Shown: positions 1-9,063 of the stretch, piece after piece
How positions within the stretch are numbered: the stretch's first letter is position 1
How the letters are laid out: every line of letters starts with the position of its first letter
Assembly: GCA_011364975.1 (NCBI GenBank)
Contig: RDOE01000050.1
Span: 1-25,681 of the forward strand
Reading direction: 5' to 3'
DNA length: 25,681 nt
Source: Promethearchaeota archaeon
GTDB lineage: Archaea; Asgardarchaeota; Lokiarchaeia; Sigyniarchaeales; SOKP01
Notes under the pieces: model-generated
The model's input: only the letters and a program-made list of their open reading frames with translations
What the model was told of the DNA's origin: nothing
Database searches by the model: none
Translations under genes and position numbers: made by a program

Positions 1-1195
1 AGCAAATTCCAATCGCAAGAAGGCCAAATTTAGGGATAAAGAAAAATGATCCCACTATTGTTAAAGTAGTTACATTTATATTTATGATCAGAATGGGTTT
101 CAACTGATGCTTGAGTCTGAAATAAAAAATGAAAAATGTATTAATTGAGGCTGGGATCGCAGCTATAGCCAAAATTAATAATAGCTCAAAACCAAATATA
201 GCATAATTTCCTCCAAATAGCTGTAATAAGAATTTTCCAAAAAAGAAAATACCTAAAACAGCAGGGATTATTAAAATTGTCATTAAAACGATAGCTTGTT
301 TTTGATTTGCATGTTTTTTTCCTGTAGCGCTTGCTTCTTCAATCATGAAGGAAGCACCAATTCCCTCGGGCATAGCTAAAATCATATTTCCAATCATCCA
401 AGAGACATAGAAATATGCACTGTACTCTGGTGAAAGCAATTCTAATACAAGTATGGGAAGAAAAGATCTTGGAAAAATTGATAGTAAATTAGCAATGTAA
501 TTTCCTAAAGCAAAAATACTCATTTCAGAAATTTTTGATAAGTCTATATGAAATTTAGGATTAAAATCTTTAATTGCTATTGGAAGACCGAACTTCCAAA
601 GGCATAAAGTTACAATCCAAATTGCTAGGCTAGTACCTAATATCAATCCGATAGCACCGAGATTGACTAGGAATATGCAAATAGGTATCTTGACTAAAAT
701 TACAATTATAGTTCTCACAAATACTAAAAAAGAGACTCTTAGTCCAGCAAAGGTTGCGCCTAAAATTGAAGACAGATCATTAGCTATCACTAGTGTAAGA
801 AGTATTACCATAAATAAGATTTGATTATTCAAATTAGAATACTCGGAACTTATTAAAAAAAGGATAGAAAAACCGATAATGCTTATGATGACTGATGAAA
901 TCAGAATTATCAGAGTCGATGAGATGATTAAATCAGTTTTAGATTTATTGTAATCTGGTAAATAACGTCGAAGTCCTTCTTCAAGTCCAAAACGGGAGAA
1001 TAGGGCCAACCAAACGCTCATGGTTATCAAAGAGGTTGCAATACCAATTTCAGCCTCATTATAAACATTAGTCATTATGGTCCAAAAAAGAAAATTTATA
1101 GGGGCGCTTCCTATTGATGCGGTCATTAGGAAAAACGCATTTAAAACGAGGGGGTTTAAAAATCTAGCAAATAACTTCTGTTTTACTATAGCCAT
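1..1195 (-). CDS. Oligosaccharide flippase (MOP/Wzx, archaeal-type polysaccharide biosynthesis protein), 3'-truncated by window edge
   Basis: Not in ORF track (no stop in window). ATG at 1195 with GGGTG upstream; manual translation MAIVKQKLFARFLNPLVLNAFFLMTASIGSAPINFLFWTIMTNVYNEAEIGIATSLITMSVWLALFSRFGLEEGLRRYLP... and IPKFGLLAIGIC at the edge; typical multi-TM flippase pattern. Confidence 0.85.
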   Translation of the reverse strand, partial: MAIVKQKLFARFLNPLVLNAFFLMTASIGSAPINFLFWTIMTNVYNEAEIGIATSLITMSVWLALFSRFGLEEGLRRYLPDYNKSKTDLIISSTLIILISSVIISIIGFSILFLISSEYSNLNNQILFMVILLTLVIANDLSSILGATFAGLRVSFLVFVRTIIVILVKIPICIFLVNLGAIGLILGTSLAIWIVTLCLWKFGLPIAIKDFNPKFHIDLSKISEMSIFALGNYIANLLSIFPRSFLPILVLELLSPEYSAYFYVSWMIGNMILAMPEGIGASFMIEEASATGKKHANQKQAIVLMTILIIPAVLGIFFFGKFLLQLFGGNYAIFGFELLLILAIAAIPASINTFFIFYFRLKHQLKPILIININVTTLTIVGSFFFIPKFGLLAIGIC

Positions 1196-1257
1196 TGGTA
1201 CACCCGTTTTAAATAGATGCCTCTTCAATTATCAAGAAAGATATTTCATTTATTAGT

Positions 1258-1992
1258 TCAATTAAATCCTTTGGTTAACCAGCGAAATCCGAAGATGATA
1301 GAAGCAATATAAATGGAAGATAATCCTAATGCATATAAAATTACAAAAAATTCCGTTAAAGATAAAATAAACGCAATATAGTATAGAAAGTAACAATAGG
1401 GAGCTATAAAAATATTTGAATATAAAATTAATAGATAGTACGTTAAATTTCGGTTACTTCTCTTAATAGTCTTACTAATTTTCAAGTTTGGGTCATTGCT
1501 GGAATTTCTTAATGCTCTATTCACAGATATCATATTTCTCTCAAACATTGATTTAGTTAAGCCAGAAATAAAACCCAGAATTAAAAATACAATTTCACCT
1601 GTCGTTTGATAAACAATCCAACCTATTAAGGGAAAAAAGACAGAAAATTGTATTTCATGACTTATCAGCTCTACTTGAAGACCAATCGGTGAAGCTGTTT
1701 TTCTAAATCTAGCAATTTCTCCATCAGAGTTATCTAATATGGTTCCAACTACAACAAAGAAAATAGAGATGATTATACCTATGATATTGTTTAATAGTAG
1801 GCAGAGAAATCCTATTATGACAATTACGGTCCCTAGGACTGAAACTTGATTTGCAGAAAAACCTAATCTAAGTAATACCTTCGTAAAGTAAATAGATGGA
1901 TATCGCCATATCACAGTCTTGACTTCTGAATTCTCTCCATTATTTCCTTGGCAGATTTCCCTCAGTTCTTTTATAGATATAGTCACAAGCAA
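1258..1992 (-). CDS. CDP-alcohol phosphatidyltransferase/phosphotransferase family protein (variant motif)
   Basis: SANQVS helix and DNSDGEIAR-x8-G-x3-E-x3-H motif (canonical DxxDGxxAR-x8-GxxxDxxxD); several TM helices; TTG start preceded by AAGGAG. Confidence 0.85.
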   Translation of the reverse strand: MLVTISIKELREICQGNNGENSEVKTVIWRYPSIYFTKVLLRLGFSANQVSVLGTVIVIIGFLCLLLNNIIGIIISIFFVVVGTILDNSDGEIARFRKTASPIGLQVELISHEIQFSVFFPLIGWIVYQTTGEIVFLILGFISGLTKSMFERNMISVNRALRNSSNDPNLKISKTIKRSNRNLTYYLLILYSNIFIAPYCYFLYYIAFILSLTEFFVILYALGLSSIYIASIIFGFRWLTKGFN

Positions 1993-2072
1993 TTCTCTCC
2001 TTTTATATTATAATGTTCTCGGTGCATTAATTGATAGATCTTCGGTATTTTTGAGAAGTTAATAAGTCTCAC

Positions 2073-2090
2073 TATAAATATATTTTTTCC
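2073..2090 (-). promoter_or_regulatory. Putative archaeal BRE/TATA promoter for the CDP-alcohol transferase gene
   Basis: Minus strand reads GGAAAAAATATATTTATA, a purine-rich BRE followed by a TATA box, about 80 nt upstream of the start. Confidence 0.35.
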
Positions 2091-2242
2091 AAGATATGAA
2101 ATGGATCTATTAAATGAAAATTGCTTTGTAGTCCATGAGTTAATCTTTTTAAAGCTAGTTAAATCAACTATTCAGAAACAAGGGATTATTTATTAAAAGA
2201 CTTAATAAAGGACAGAATAATGTATAACTAGGATTTTTTCAA

Positions 2243-3964
2243 TCATTTTGACTTATAAATCTTGATATAATCCCATATAATGGTTGATCCAGCTTTCCCT
2301 CCGATGAAAAAGGAAATTCGTCTTACAAGAAACGCCTGCTTAATTTTGATGGTATATAGCTCAAAATCAGATGTAGTATTGCAATAATTTATTTCATATT
2401 TCTTCTCTCCAATCCAAGGAGCTAGAGTTGGATGGATTTCATACAAACTGAAACCCCAATACGCGCTATTAGGGGAAGTCAACCGTGCTTGAACAATAAT
2501 ATATTCTGAGGCATTTATCCATACAGAAAAATCAAAATGAGATTTAATATGAGCCATTTCATTATTCTCAAGTGCTGCTGGGGTTACTATTGTTTGAAAA
2601 AAAGATCTATTTACGATATTAATTTCAATAAAAGTAGGGGAATAATTTTCTATAGAAATGAGATCATTAAAATCATTTTGATAATAATCTTGATATAAAA
2701 GCGGTCCTGTTCCAATCGAAACATTTCTATTGATGTAGAGTTCTATAGAGGCCCACGACAAAGGAAATATGCACAAAAATAGAATACAAACAAGTTTTAA
2801 TGTTTTTAAATTAATTTTTGAGTTGATAGTCTTTGACGCATAAACAAGAGGAATCCAAGATATTGGCAGCCAATAACGAAGACCCGAGGCCGAAGTAGCA
2901 TAAGAATAGTATAATGTATATGCCAAGAAGAAAATAAAACCCCAAACAACAATGATGTTGAAATCTTCGTATTTAAGCCCATTTGGAGGTTTAACAAACC
3001 TTCTAAAACTTTTGAAAGCTAAACTCCCTAATGATAACATAAATATTGATGTTGCAGGAAGAATACCTGTTTTTATAAGACCTTTAAAGAAGTTTTGAAT
3101 AAATCTTGGATTTAACCATTTTTGTTGTAATAATAGTAGAATTTTAATGAATTCTCTATTCATAAACTCCTCTCTATAAGCTGTAGAAACGAGTTGAGCA
3201 AGAACAGGAAAAATTAAGGGATCAATATATAAGAGTAGGTATAAAAAAAATACAAAAATAAAAAAAATACTAATTCTCAATTTTCTTGGTCTTATTAATA
3301 CAAAAAATAGGATAAACGCAAGAATGTAAACTTCTCTTGTTAAGAACGCAAGGATAAATGAAATAAGACTTAGAACCAAGAATAAATATTTTGTTTTTTG
3401 CCTATTTTTTTGAAAAATTTCCAGAAATACTATCATTAATAGAAAAAAGAATAAACCAGCCATATCCGTGATAATATTAAACCAATAGTTAAGAAAATTA
3501 TAACTAAAGACTGTAAACAATATAAAGAAGTTAATCCCTTCTTTAGGAAAATTATATATCTCTAATAATTTTTTCATTAAAACTAGATTTGCTAAAGCAA
3601 ATAATAAATTAATAGAACATGCCAACAATCCTATGTTTATAGGAAAGATAATATGAACTATAGCAATGATGCTAGGATAAATAATTCGGTTTTTTTGATA
3701 ATAATTAGTAATTAATTCATCACGAACTCCGGTACGAATCAGTTTTTCGATTGATAATGCAAAAATTTGATAAGAATCAACATTATAACCAGTAAAAAAG
3801 ATTGTTTTAATCAAACCAAAAGAAATTGAAAACATAAAACTAATAAAAAGTAAGTACTTGAACTTCTTCTGAATGAAATCTAAAACTATAGCACTAGTCT
3901 GTTCCACTTTATGTGCAAAATTATCCAAGTAATCTCCTAGGTTATTTCGATTTATTTCGATCAT
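2243..3964 (-). CDS. Polytopic membrane protein, GT-C fold (PMT/ArnT-like) glycosyltransferase candidate with C-terminal soluble beta-rich domain
   Basis: Many TM segments, acidic first loop (NVDSY), ITD and LTRE motifs, LRYWLP (RYxxP) motif typical of GT-C; hydrophilic C-terminal ~160 aa ending IWDYIKI. Confidence 0.6.
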   Translation of the reverse strand: MIEINRNNLGDYLDNFAHKVEQTSAIVLDFIQKKFKYLLFISFMFSISFGLIKTIFFTGYNVDSYQIFALSIEKLIRTGVRDELITNYYQKNRIIYPSIIAIVHIIFPINIGLLACSINLLFALANLVLMKKLLEIYNFPKEGINFFILFTVFSYNFLNYWFNIITDMAGLFFFLLMIVFLEIFQKNRQKTKYLFLVLSLISFILAFLTREVYILAFILFFVLIRPRKLRISIFFIFVFFLYLLLYIDPLIFPVLAQLVSTAYREEFMNREFIKILLLLQQKWLNPRFIQNFFKGLIKTGILPATSIFMLSLGSLAFKSFRRFVKPPNGLKYEDFNIIVVWGFIFFLAYTLYYSYATSASGLRYWLPISWIPLVYASKTINSKINLKTLKLVCILFLCIFPLSWASIELYINRNVSIGTGPLLYQDYYQNDFNDLISIENYSPTFIEINIVNRSFFQTIVTPAALENNEMAHIKSHFDFSVWINASEYIIVQARLTSPNSAYWGFSLYEIHPTLAPWIGEKKYEINYCNTTSDFELYTIKIKQAFLVRRISFFIGGKAGSTIIWDYIKIYKSK

Positions 3965-4200
3965 TTTGTGCTATCCCGATATTGCAAAAGCTTTGAGCTA
4001 TAAAATCAATCGATTAGATTTTCTCTTACCTTCAAAGATTTTTATTTTTAATTCTTGGGCTTTTCAACAGCTTTTAAATTTTCATTATGATAAAATTTCG
4101 GTTGAATTACTATTGATCTATATTTAAACCTAAATGATGAATTTTGTTACTAGTTGACGAAATTTTGATAAAAATTATCTTTCCTTTTTACTTAGAAAAA

Positions 4201-5397
4201 TTAAATGTTTGGTCGATTTGTATCCGCTAATAAGCCAAAGTACATAAATTGAATTCCGACTAAAAGAAGAATAGTGGAAAAAATAGTGAGATCAAATGGG
4301 ACAGGGAACACAACTGAGGAAACTGAAGTGATAGAAAAGAAAAATAATCCAAGGAGGAAGGCAAGAATCCCAAATCCGCCAAAAAACCAAATTGGTTGAA
4401 AATCCCTCAAAGTTCTGATAATAGTTAGCCAAGATCTCCATGCATAATCTACAGGGGTTCGAATTAACCGTGATTCACCTATTTTACGTTTATCAAAAAA
4501 GATAGGAATTTCTAATATCCTACTATTCATAAATCGAGCCTGGATTATTGTTTCCTGAGTATATGTATATTCTCCTCGTAATTTATAGGAACGTACAAGA
4601 TGAGTGGAAATACCACGAAAACCAGTTTGTCCATCTGTGATTCGAATTCCAAGCATTAAGGATAGGGCAAAACTCATCATTTTATTACCTAACCTTTTAC
4701 TAAAGGACATTCGTTCAATTTGTCCTGCAAATCTCGACCCAAGAACTAAATCTGCTTCTCTAGTAAGAATGAAATGGGATATCTTTGGAATCTCTTCTGT
4801 ACGATATTGACCGTCAGCATCGAAAGTTACTATTGCATCTATATCTAATTTCGCTGCATATTCCAAACCCTTTTTCATTGCTGCTCCTAAACCCTGATTT
4901 ATTTCATTTCGAAGAACATGAATCTCTGGAAATTGAGTCAATAAATCACTCGTATTATCAGTGGAACCATCATCAATGACAACAATGTTCTTAGAATAGT
5001 TCTTGCAATCCCTAATAATATCCCCAAGGGTTTCAGCTTCATTATATGTTGGTATAACTATTCCTAACCTCTCTGGATCTTTCTTTAATACTTCAGGTAA
5101 TTCAGATAATAGATTACTTCTTAAGAAAATATTAGAAAAAATTTTTGCGATGAGAGAGAGAGTTACTAACGTTAATCCAACAAAGAAAAACCCCCAAACG
5201 AAAATCAGTAATATCTGGGAATAATTCCCTGATTGTAACATAGTTTGTAAGAAAATAATAGTTTCTCTTAGATCAAATGCCAAAACTAGCTCTAGGATAA
5301 ATTCAAATATTTCAATAGATAAAATAAGGAAAATCATAACACATGAAAGACCCATTGATAGGATACCATATTCAAATATTCTTCTTTTTATTTGCAA
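4201..5397 (-). CDS. GT2 glycosyltransferase, polyprenol/dolichol-phosphate sugar synthase-like, with N- and C-terminal TM helices
   Basis: IVIPTYNE, VIDDGSTD, NQGLGAA, FDADGQY (DxD), GSRF and ITDGQTGFR motifs; TTG start with GAGG upstream. Confidence 0.9.
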   Translation of the reverse strand: MQIKRRIFEYGILSMGLSCVMIFLILSIEIFEFILELVLAFDLRETIIFLQTMLQSGNYSQILLIFVWGFFFVGLTLVTLSLIAKIFSNIFLRSNLLSELPEVLKKDPERLGIVIPTYNEAETLGDIIRDCKNYSKNIVVIDDGSTDNTSDLLTQFPEIHVLRNEINQGLGAAMKKGLEYAAKLDIDAIVTFDADGQYRTEEIPKISHFILTREADLVLGSRFAGQIERMSFSKRLGNKMMSFALSLMLGIRITDGQTGFRGISTHLVRSYKLRGEYTYTQETIIQARFMNSRILEIPIFFDKRKIGESRLIRTPVDYAWRSWLTIIRTLRDFQPIWFFGGFGILAFLLGLFFFSITSVSSVVFPVPFDLTIFSTILLLVGIQFMYFGLLADTNRPNI

Positions 5398-5704
5398 CTA
5401 CAATCCTCTTTTATCTATAAATTTAATTTAGTTTATAGTATTTCCTTCCTGTTTCTAGATATAAAATCTAGCATATAGTTATATTTTCCTATATAGCTTA
5501 AACTAATATGTATACCTTCAGTGATCTGAGTAGGAAAAATATCAATTCTTGAAAATATTCTTTTCTTTAGTTCGACGTTCAAAATAACTTCTTTCTTAAT
5601 CATTTTTTTAATATCGCAGTAAAATTTTTACATTACATCATTTAGCTGTTGTTAATTAATATTTTACAGTTCAATCAGTAATGACTTTGAATTCAGGGAT
5701 CTAC

Positions 5705-6664
5705 ATGAAAAATATTCTGATTTCGGGTGTTGCAGGATTTATTGGTTCTCACACTGCTGAAAAATTGCTTCAAATGGGGTACAGAATTATAGGCATTGAT
5801 AATCTAAATGATTATTATGATGTTAAATTAAAAAAATCTAATCTGGATAATTTAAGAGAAAATAACCAGTTTAAATTTATTAAAATAGACATCACGGACT
5901 TTAAATCTTTAAATATATTGTTAAATGAAACTTCATTTGACTATATAATACACCTTGCGGCCCAAGCTGGAGTAAGGTATAGTAACGCCAAACCATTGTT
6001 ATATCAACGAGTGAATATTGAAGGAACGCTAAATCTGTTAGAAATTGCCCGACTATCAAGTTGTAAAACGTTTATTTTTGGGTCTTCCTCTTCCGTGTAT
6101 GGCAATCAAGAAATATTTCCGATTCTAGAGACAGCTAATACAACAAAGCCCATTTCTGTTTATGCAGCAACGAAACAAGCAGGGGAATCGCTTTGCCATA
6201 GCTACTCTCACTTATATGGAATTGATATTAATACATTACGCTTTTTTACTGTTTATGGGCCTCGTGGCCGTCCAGATATGTCTCCGTATATCTTTACTAA
6301 AAGTATAATTGATAAAAAACCAATAAAAATATTTGAATCAATTTCTGGAACTATAAAAAGGGACTTCACTTATATTTCCGATGCTGTAGCAGGAATTATA
6401 AGTGCTTTGCACTTTAACCATGGATTTAACGCTTTTAATATAAGTAGTGGGATTCAAATTAGTTTAATGGATTTCATTTCGCAATTAGAGGTTGAATTGG
6501 GAGAAAAAGCGAATATAGAGCGTCATTCCGAAGTCCCTGGGGATGTGAGAATTACTTACGCAGATATTTCCAAAGCAAGATCAAAATTGGGTTTTAATCC
6601 GCGTATGGATTTAAATCAAGGAATTAAAGGATACATTGATTGGTATAAATCGTATTATTTATAA
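5705..6664 (+). CDS. NAD-dependent epimerase (extended SDR), UDP-glucuronate 4-epimerase-like
   Basis: GVAGFIGS, DNLNDYYD, HLAAQAGVRYS, SSSSVYG, YAATK and LRFFTVYGPRGRPDM; ATG 5705 fits the family N-terminus (ORF opens at 5681). Confidence 0.9.
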   Translation: MKNILISGVAGFIGSHTAEKLLQMGYRIIGIDNLNDYYDVKLKKSNLDNLRENNQFKFIKIDITDFKSLNILLNETSFDYIIHLAAQAGVRYSNAKPLLYQRVNIEGTLNLLEIARLSSCKTFIFGSSSSVYGNQEIFPILETANTTKPISVYAATKQAGESLCHSYSHLYGIDINTLRFFTVYGPRGRPDMSPYIFTKSIIDKKPIKIFESISGTIKRDFTYISDAVAGIISALHFNHGFNAFNISSGIQISLMDFISQLEVELGEKANIERHSEVPGDVRITYADISKARSKLGFNPRMDLNQGIKGYIDWYKSYYL

Positions 6665-6829
6665 TTTTAAATTAGTATTGTCCCTTATTTTCCACGTATT
6701 CATAACCCTTAGGAAAAATATTAAATATTATGATTAGTTCACACTGAGTATGATTGAGATAAGATAAAAAAGTAAGGAAAATAGATACCTGTTAGCAATT
6801 AATTTGTAAATAGAGAGAGTGCTATCACA

Positions 6830-8170
6830 TTGAGTGAGACTAAAATTGCAATTCATGGTACAGGCTTTATTGGACTTGTGAGCGGATGTTGTTTTGCCAT
6901 TAAAGGATTTAAAACAATAAATTCTACATATGATCAAATAAAATGTGATCAAATTAATAAAGGGGAAACTCCTTTTTATGAAAATGGCTTAGAAGAGCTT
7001 TTAAGAGAAGCTTTGGCAACTAAAAATTTTAAATGTGTCGTTGGAAGGAAATATGCCGTCTTAAATTCAGATGTTAGTATGATTGCTGTTGGAACTCCAA
7101 TGGGAAAGGATTATAGTATAAATTTAACATTCATTGAAAAAATAGCAGAGGAAATTGGTCAAATCCTTCAGAATCATAATCAATATCACTTAATCGTTGT
7201 CCGTTCTACAGTTGTTCCTGGTACAACAAGAAATCTGGTAGGTAAGAGAATTGAGAAACTTTCAGGTAAAAAAATGGGAGAAGATTTTGGCTTATGCATG
7301 CAACCTGAATTCCTTGCAGAGGGAAGGTCAATCTTAGATACACTTGAACCAGACAGAATCATTATTGGAGAATTAGACAAAAAATCAGGAGATATTTTAC
7401 AGAAAATTTATGGAGTATTCTATGAAGATCATTTGAATAATTGCCCAATTTTAAGAATGAACCTAGAAAGTGCAGAGCTCGTGAAATATGGAAACAATTG
7501 TTTACTAGCAACAAAAATTTCTTATGCTAATGAGATGTCACGAATTGCGGAACTTGTACCTGGAGTTGACATCGTTCAAGTTATGAGGGGAGTAGGACTT
7601 GATTATCGTATTAATGAAAAGTTTTTAAGAGCAGGAGTAGGTTTTGGCGGATCGTGTTTTCCGAAAGATGTTAACGCAATCATCTCATTCGCTAGAGCGC
7701 ATGGATATGACGCTAGATTATTACGCGCAATTATGGAAATTAATGAAGATCAAGCAAAACATACAGTTGACTTACTCGAAAATGAACTAAAGGAAGTAAA
7801 AAATAAAAAAATTGCTCTCTTGGGATTAGCCTTTAAACCTGGAACCAATGATATGCGTTTTGCACCCTCCATCAGAATTATAGATTATTTACTAGAAAAA
7901 GGAGCCCAAATTATAGGTTGGGATCCAGTGGCAGAAGAGGAAGCCTTTAAAATAATGAAAAATTCAATACTGTATGCTGATAAAATCGAAGAGGCTCTTT
8001 TGGATGCCGATGGGGCTATAATTGTCACAGAATGGGATGAAATTTCTCAGTTACAACCGAATGACTTTAAAAAGTCAATGAAAACTCCAATTGTAGTAGA
8101 TGGAAGACGAATATTAGATCCGACAAAATTTCAAGATGAAATTACACTTCTCTCTATAGGAAAACGCTAA
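6830..8170 (+). CDS. ugd: UDP-glucose/GDP-mannose 6-dehydrogenase family (Ugd/AglM-like), paralog 1
   Basis: GTGFIG Rossmann loop, IAVGTP, RSTVVPGTT, PEFLAEG, catalytic GFGGSCFPKD, GLAFKPGTND, DGRR; TTG start. Confidence 0.9.
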   Translation: MSETKIAIHGTGFIGLVSGCCFAIKGFKTINSTYDQIKCDQINKGETPFYENGLEELLREALATKNFKCVVGRKYAVLNSDVSMIAVGTPMGKDYSINLTFIEKIAEEIGQILQNHNQYHLIVVRSTVVPGTTRNLVGKRIEKLSGKKMGEDFGLCMQPEFLAEGRSILDTLEPDRIIIGELDKKSGDILQKIYGVFYEDHLNNCPILRMNLESAELVKYGNNCLLATKISYANEMSRIAELVPGVDIVQVMRGVGLDYRINEKFLRAGVGFGGSCFPKDVNAIISFARAHGYDARLLRAIMEINEDQAKHTVDLLENELKEVKNKKIALLGLAFKPGTNDMRFAPSIRIIDYLLEKGAQIIGWDPVAEEEAFKIMKNSILYADKIEEALLDADGAIIVTEWDEISQLQPNDFKKSMKTPIVVDGRRILDPTKFQDEITLLSIGKR

Positions 8171-8202
8171 ATTCTGTTGTAAATTAAATCGAGACGGACT
8201 AT

Positions 8203-9063
8203 ATGACAAAAAAAACACGTGTAACTATTACTATCGATCCAGAATTATTGAATACAATAGATACGGAAATTGATGGAATCATAATTAGATCACGAAGTGA
8301 AGCAATCGAGAAATTTGTTAAAGGATATCTAAAACACCAAAAGATCGCTTGTATCCTTGCAGGGGGAGCTCCAAGTCGTATGAAAACCTTTGATTCTTCA
8401 GAATATAGACCATTATTACGTATTAACGGAAAAACCCTTATAGAATATATTATTGAAAAAATTATTACTGCAGGTTTCCAAAAAATTTTAATTATTGGTA
8501 AACAAGAAATAATTGAAGCGATTTATTCAAAAATTGCGCCTAATAAAACTATTTTGGATTATATAGAATTCATTGAGGAATCTGATTCATTTGGAACAGC
8601 TAAAACATTAGAACGGGCACGAAATTTCATTAAAAATGATTTTTTAGTTGTTCCCTGTGATACATATTTTGACTTCAATATTCAAGATCTATACAAGTTT
8701 CATATAGAGCAAAATTCGTTAGCAACTTTTGCTATCTATAGCAAAACATCTTTTAATAGCCAGTATAAAGGAGTTGTGGAGCTTGACGGACTTCATATTA
8801 TTTCTCACGAAGAAAGACCAGAACGGCCCAAAAGTCACTTGATAAAAACAATGATTGGAATCATGTCTCCAAAGATATTTGAATACATTCCCCATGGTCC
8901 AGTAGAATGGCGAATCGAAAAAGAACTAATTGAGCAATTAATCAATCAAAATAAAGTATTAGGATATCTAGTCGCAGGAGAATGGTTCAATGTACATTCA
9001 ATAAGTGATTTGGAGCAATTAAAATTATATTTAAATTATTCTACTCAAAAAAAAGCACCTTAA
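8203..9063 (+). CDS. Ribbon-helix-helix (CopG/MetJ-like) DNA-binding domain fused to sugar-phosphate nucleotidyltransferase-like domain
   Basis: N-terminus [15 protein letters not shown]...[11 protein letters not shown] fits the RHH strand-helix-helix pattern; then ILAGG...[26 protein letters not shown] and WFNV of the NTP_transferase fold. Confidence 0.8.
   Translation: MTKKTRVTITIDPELLNTIDTEIDGIIIRSRSEAIEKFVKGYLKHQKIACILAGGAPSRMKTFDSSEYRPLLRINGKTLIEYIIEKIITAGFQKILIIGKQEIIEAIYSKIAPNKTILDYIEFIEESDSFGTAKTLERARNFIKNDFLVVPCDTYFDFNIQDLYKFHIEQNSLATFAIYSKTSFNSQYKGVVELDGLHIISHEERPERPKSHLIKTMIGIMSPKIFEYIPHGPVEWRIEKELIEQLINQNKVLGYLVAGEWFNVHSISDLEQLKLYLNYSTQKKAP

Noticed and set aside
4151-4160. TAGTTGACGA repeated exactly at 4151 and 21381 in intergenic DNA
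   Set aside because: Exact 10-mer matches are expected by chance among several kb of AT-rich intergenic sequence, and the position relative to starts is inconsistent
5481-6721. TAGGAAAAATAT at 5531 and 6710, with a near-inverted copy at 5481-5491
   Set aside because: Low complexity; adequately explained as generic BRE/TATA-like sequence or chance
6929-6958. Imperfect 15-bp tandem (tatgatcaaataaaa/tgtgatcaaattaat)
   Set aside because: Only two degenerate copies inside coding sequence (YDQIK/CDQIN) that aligns without gaps to the paralog; not an array
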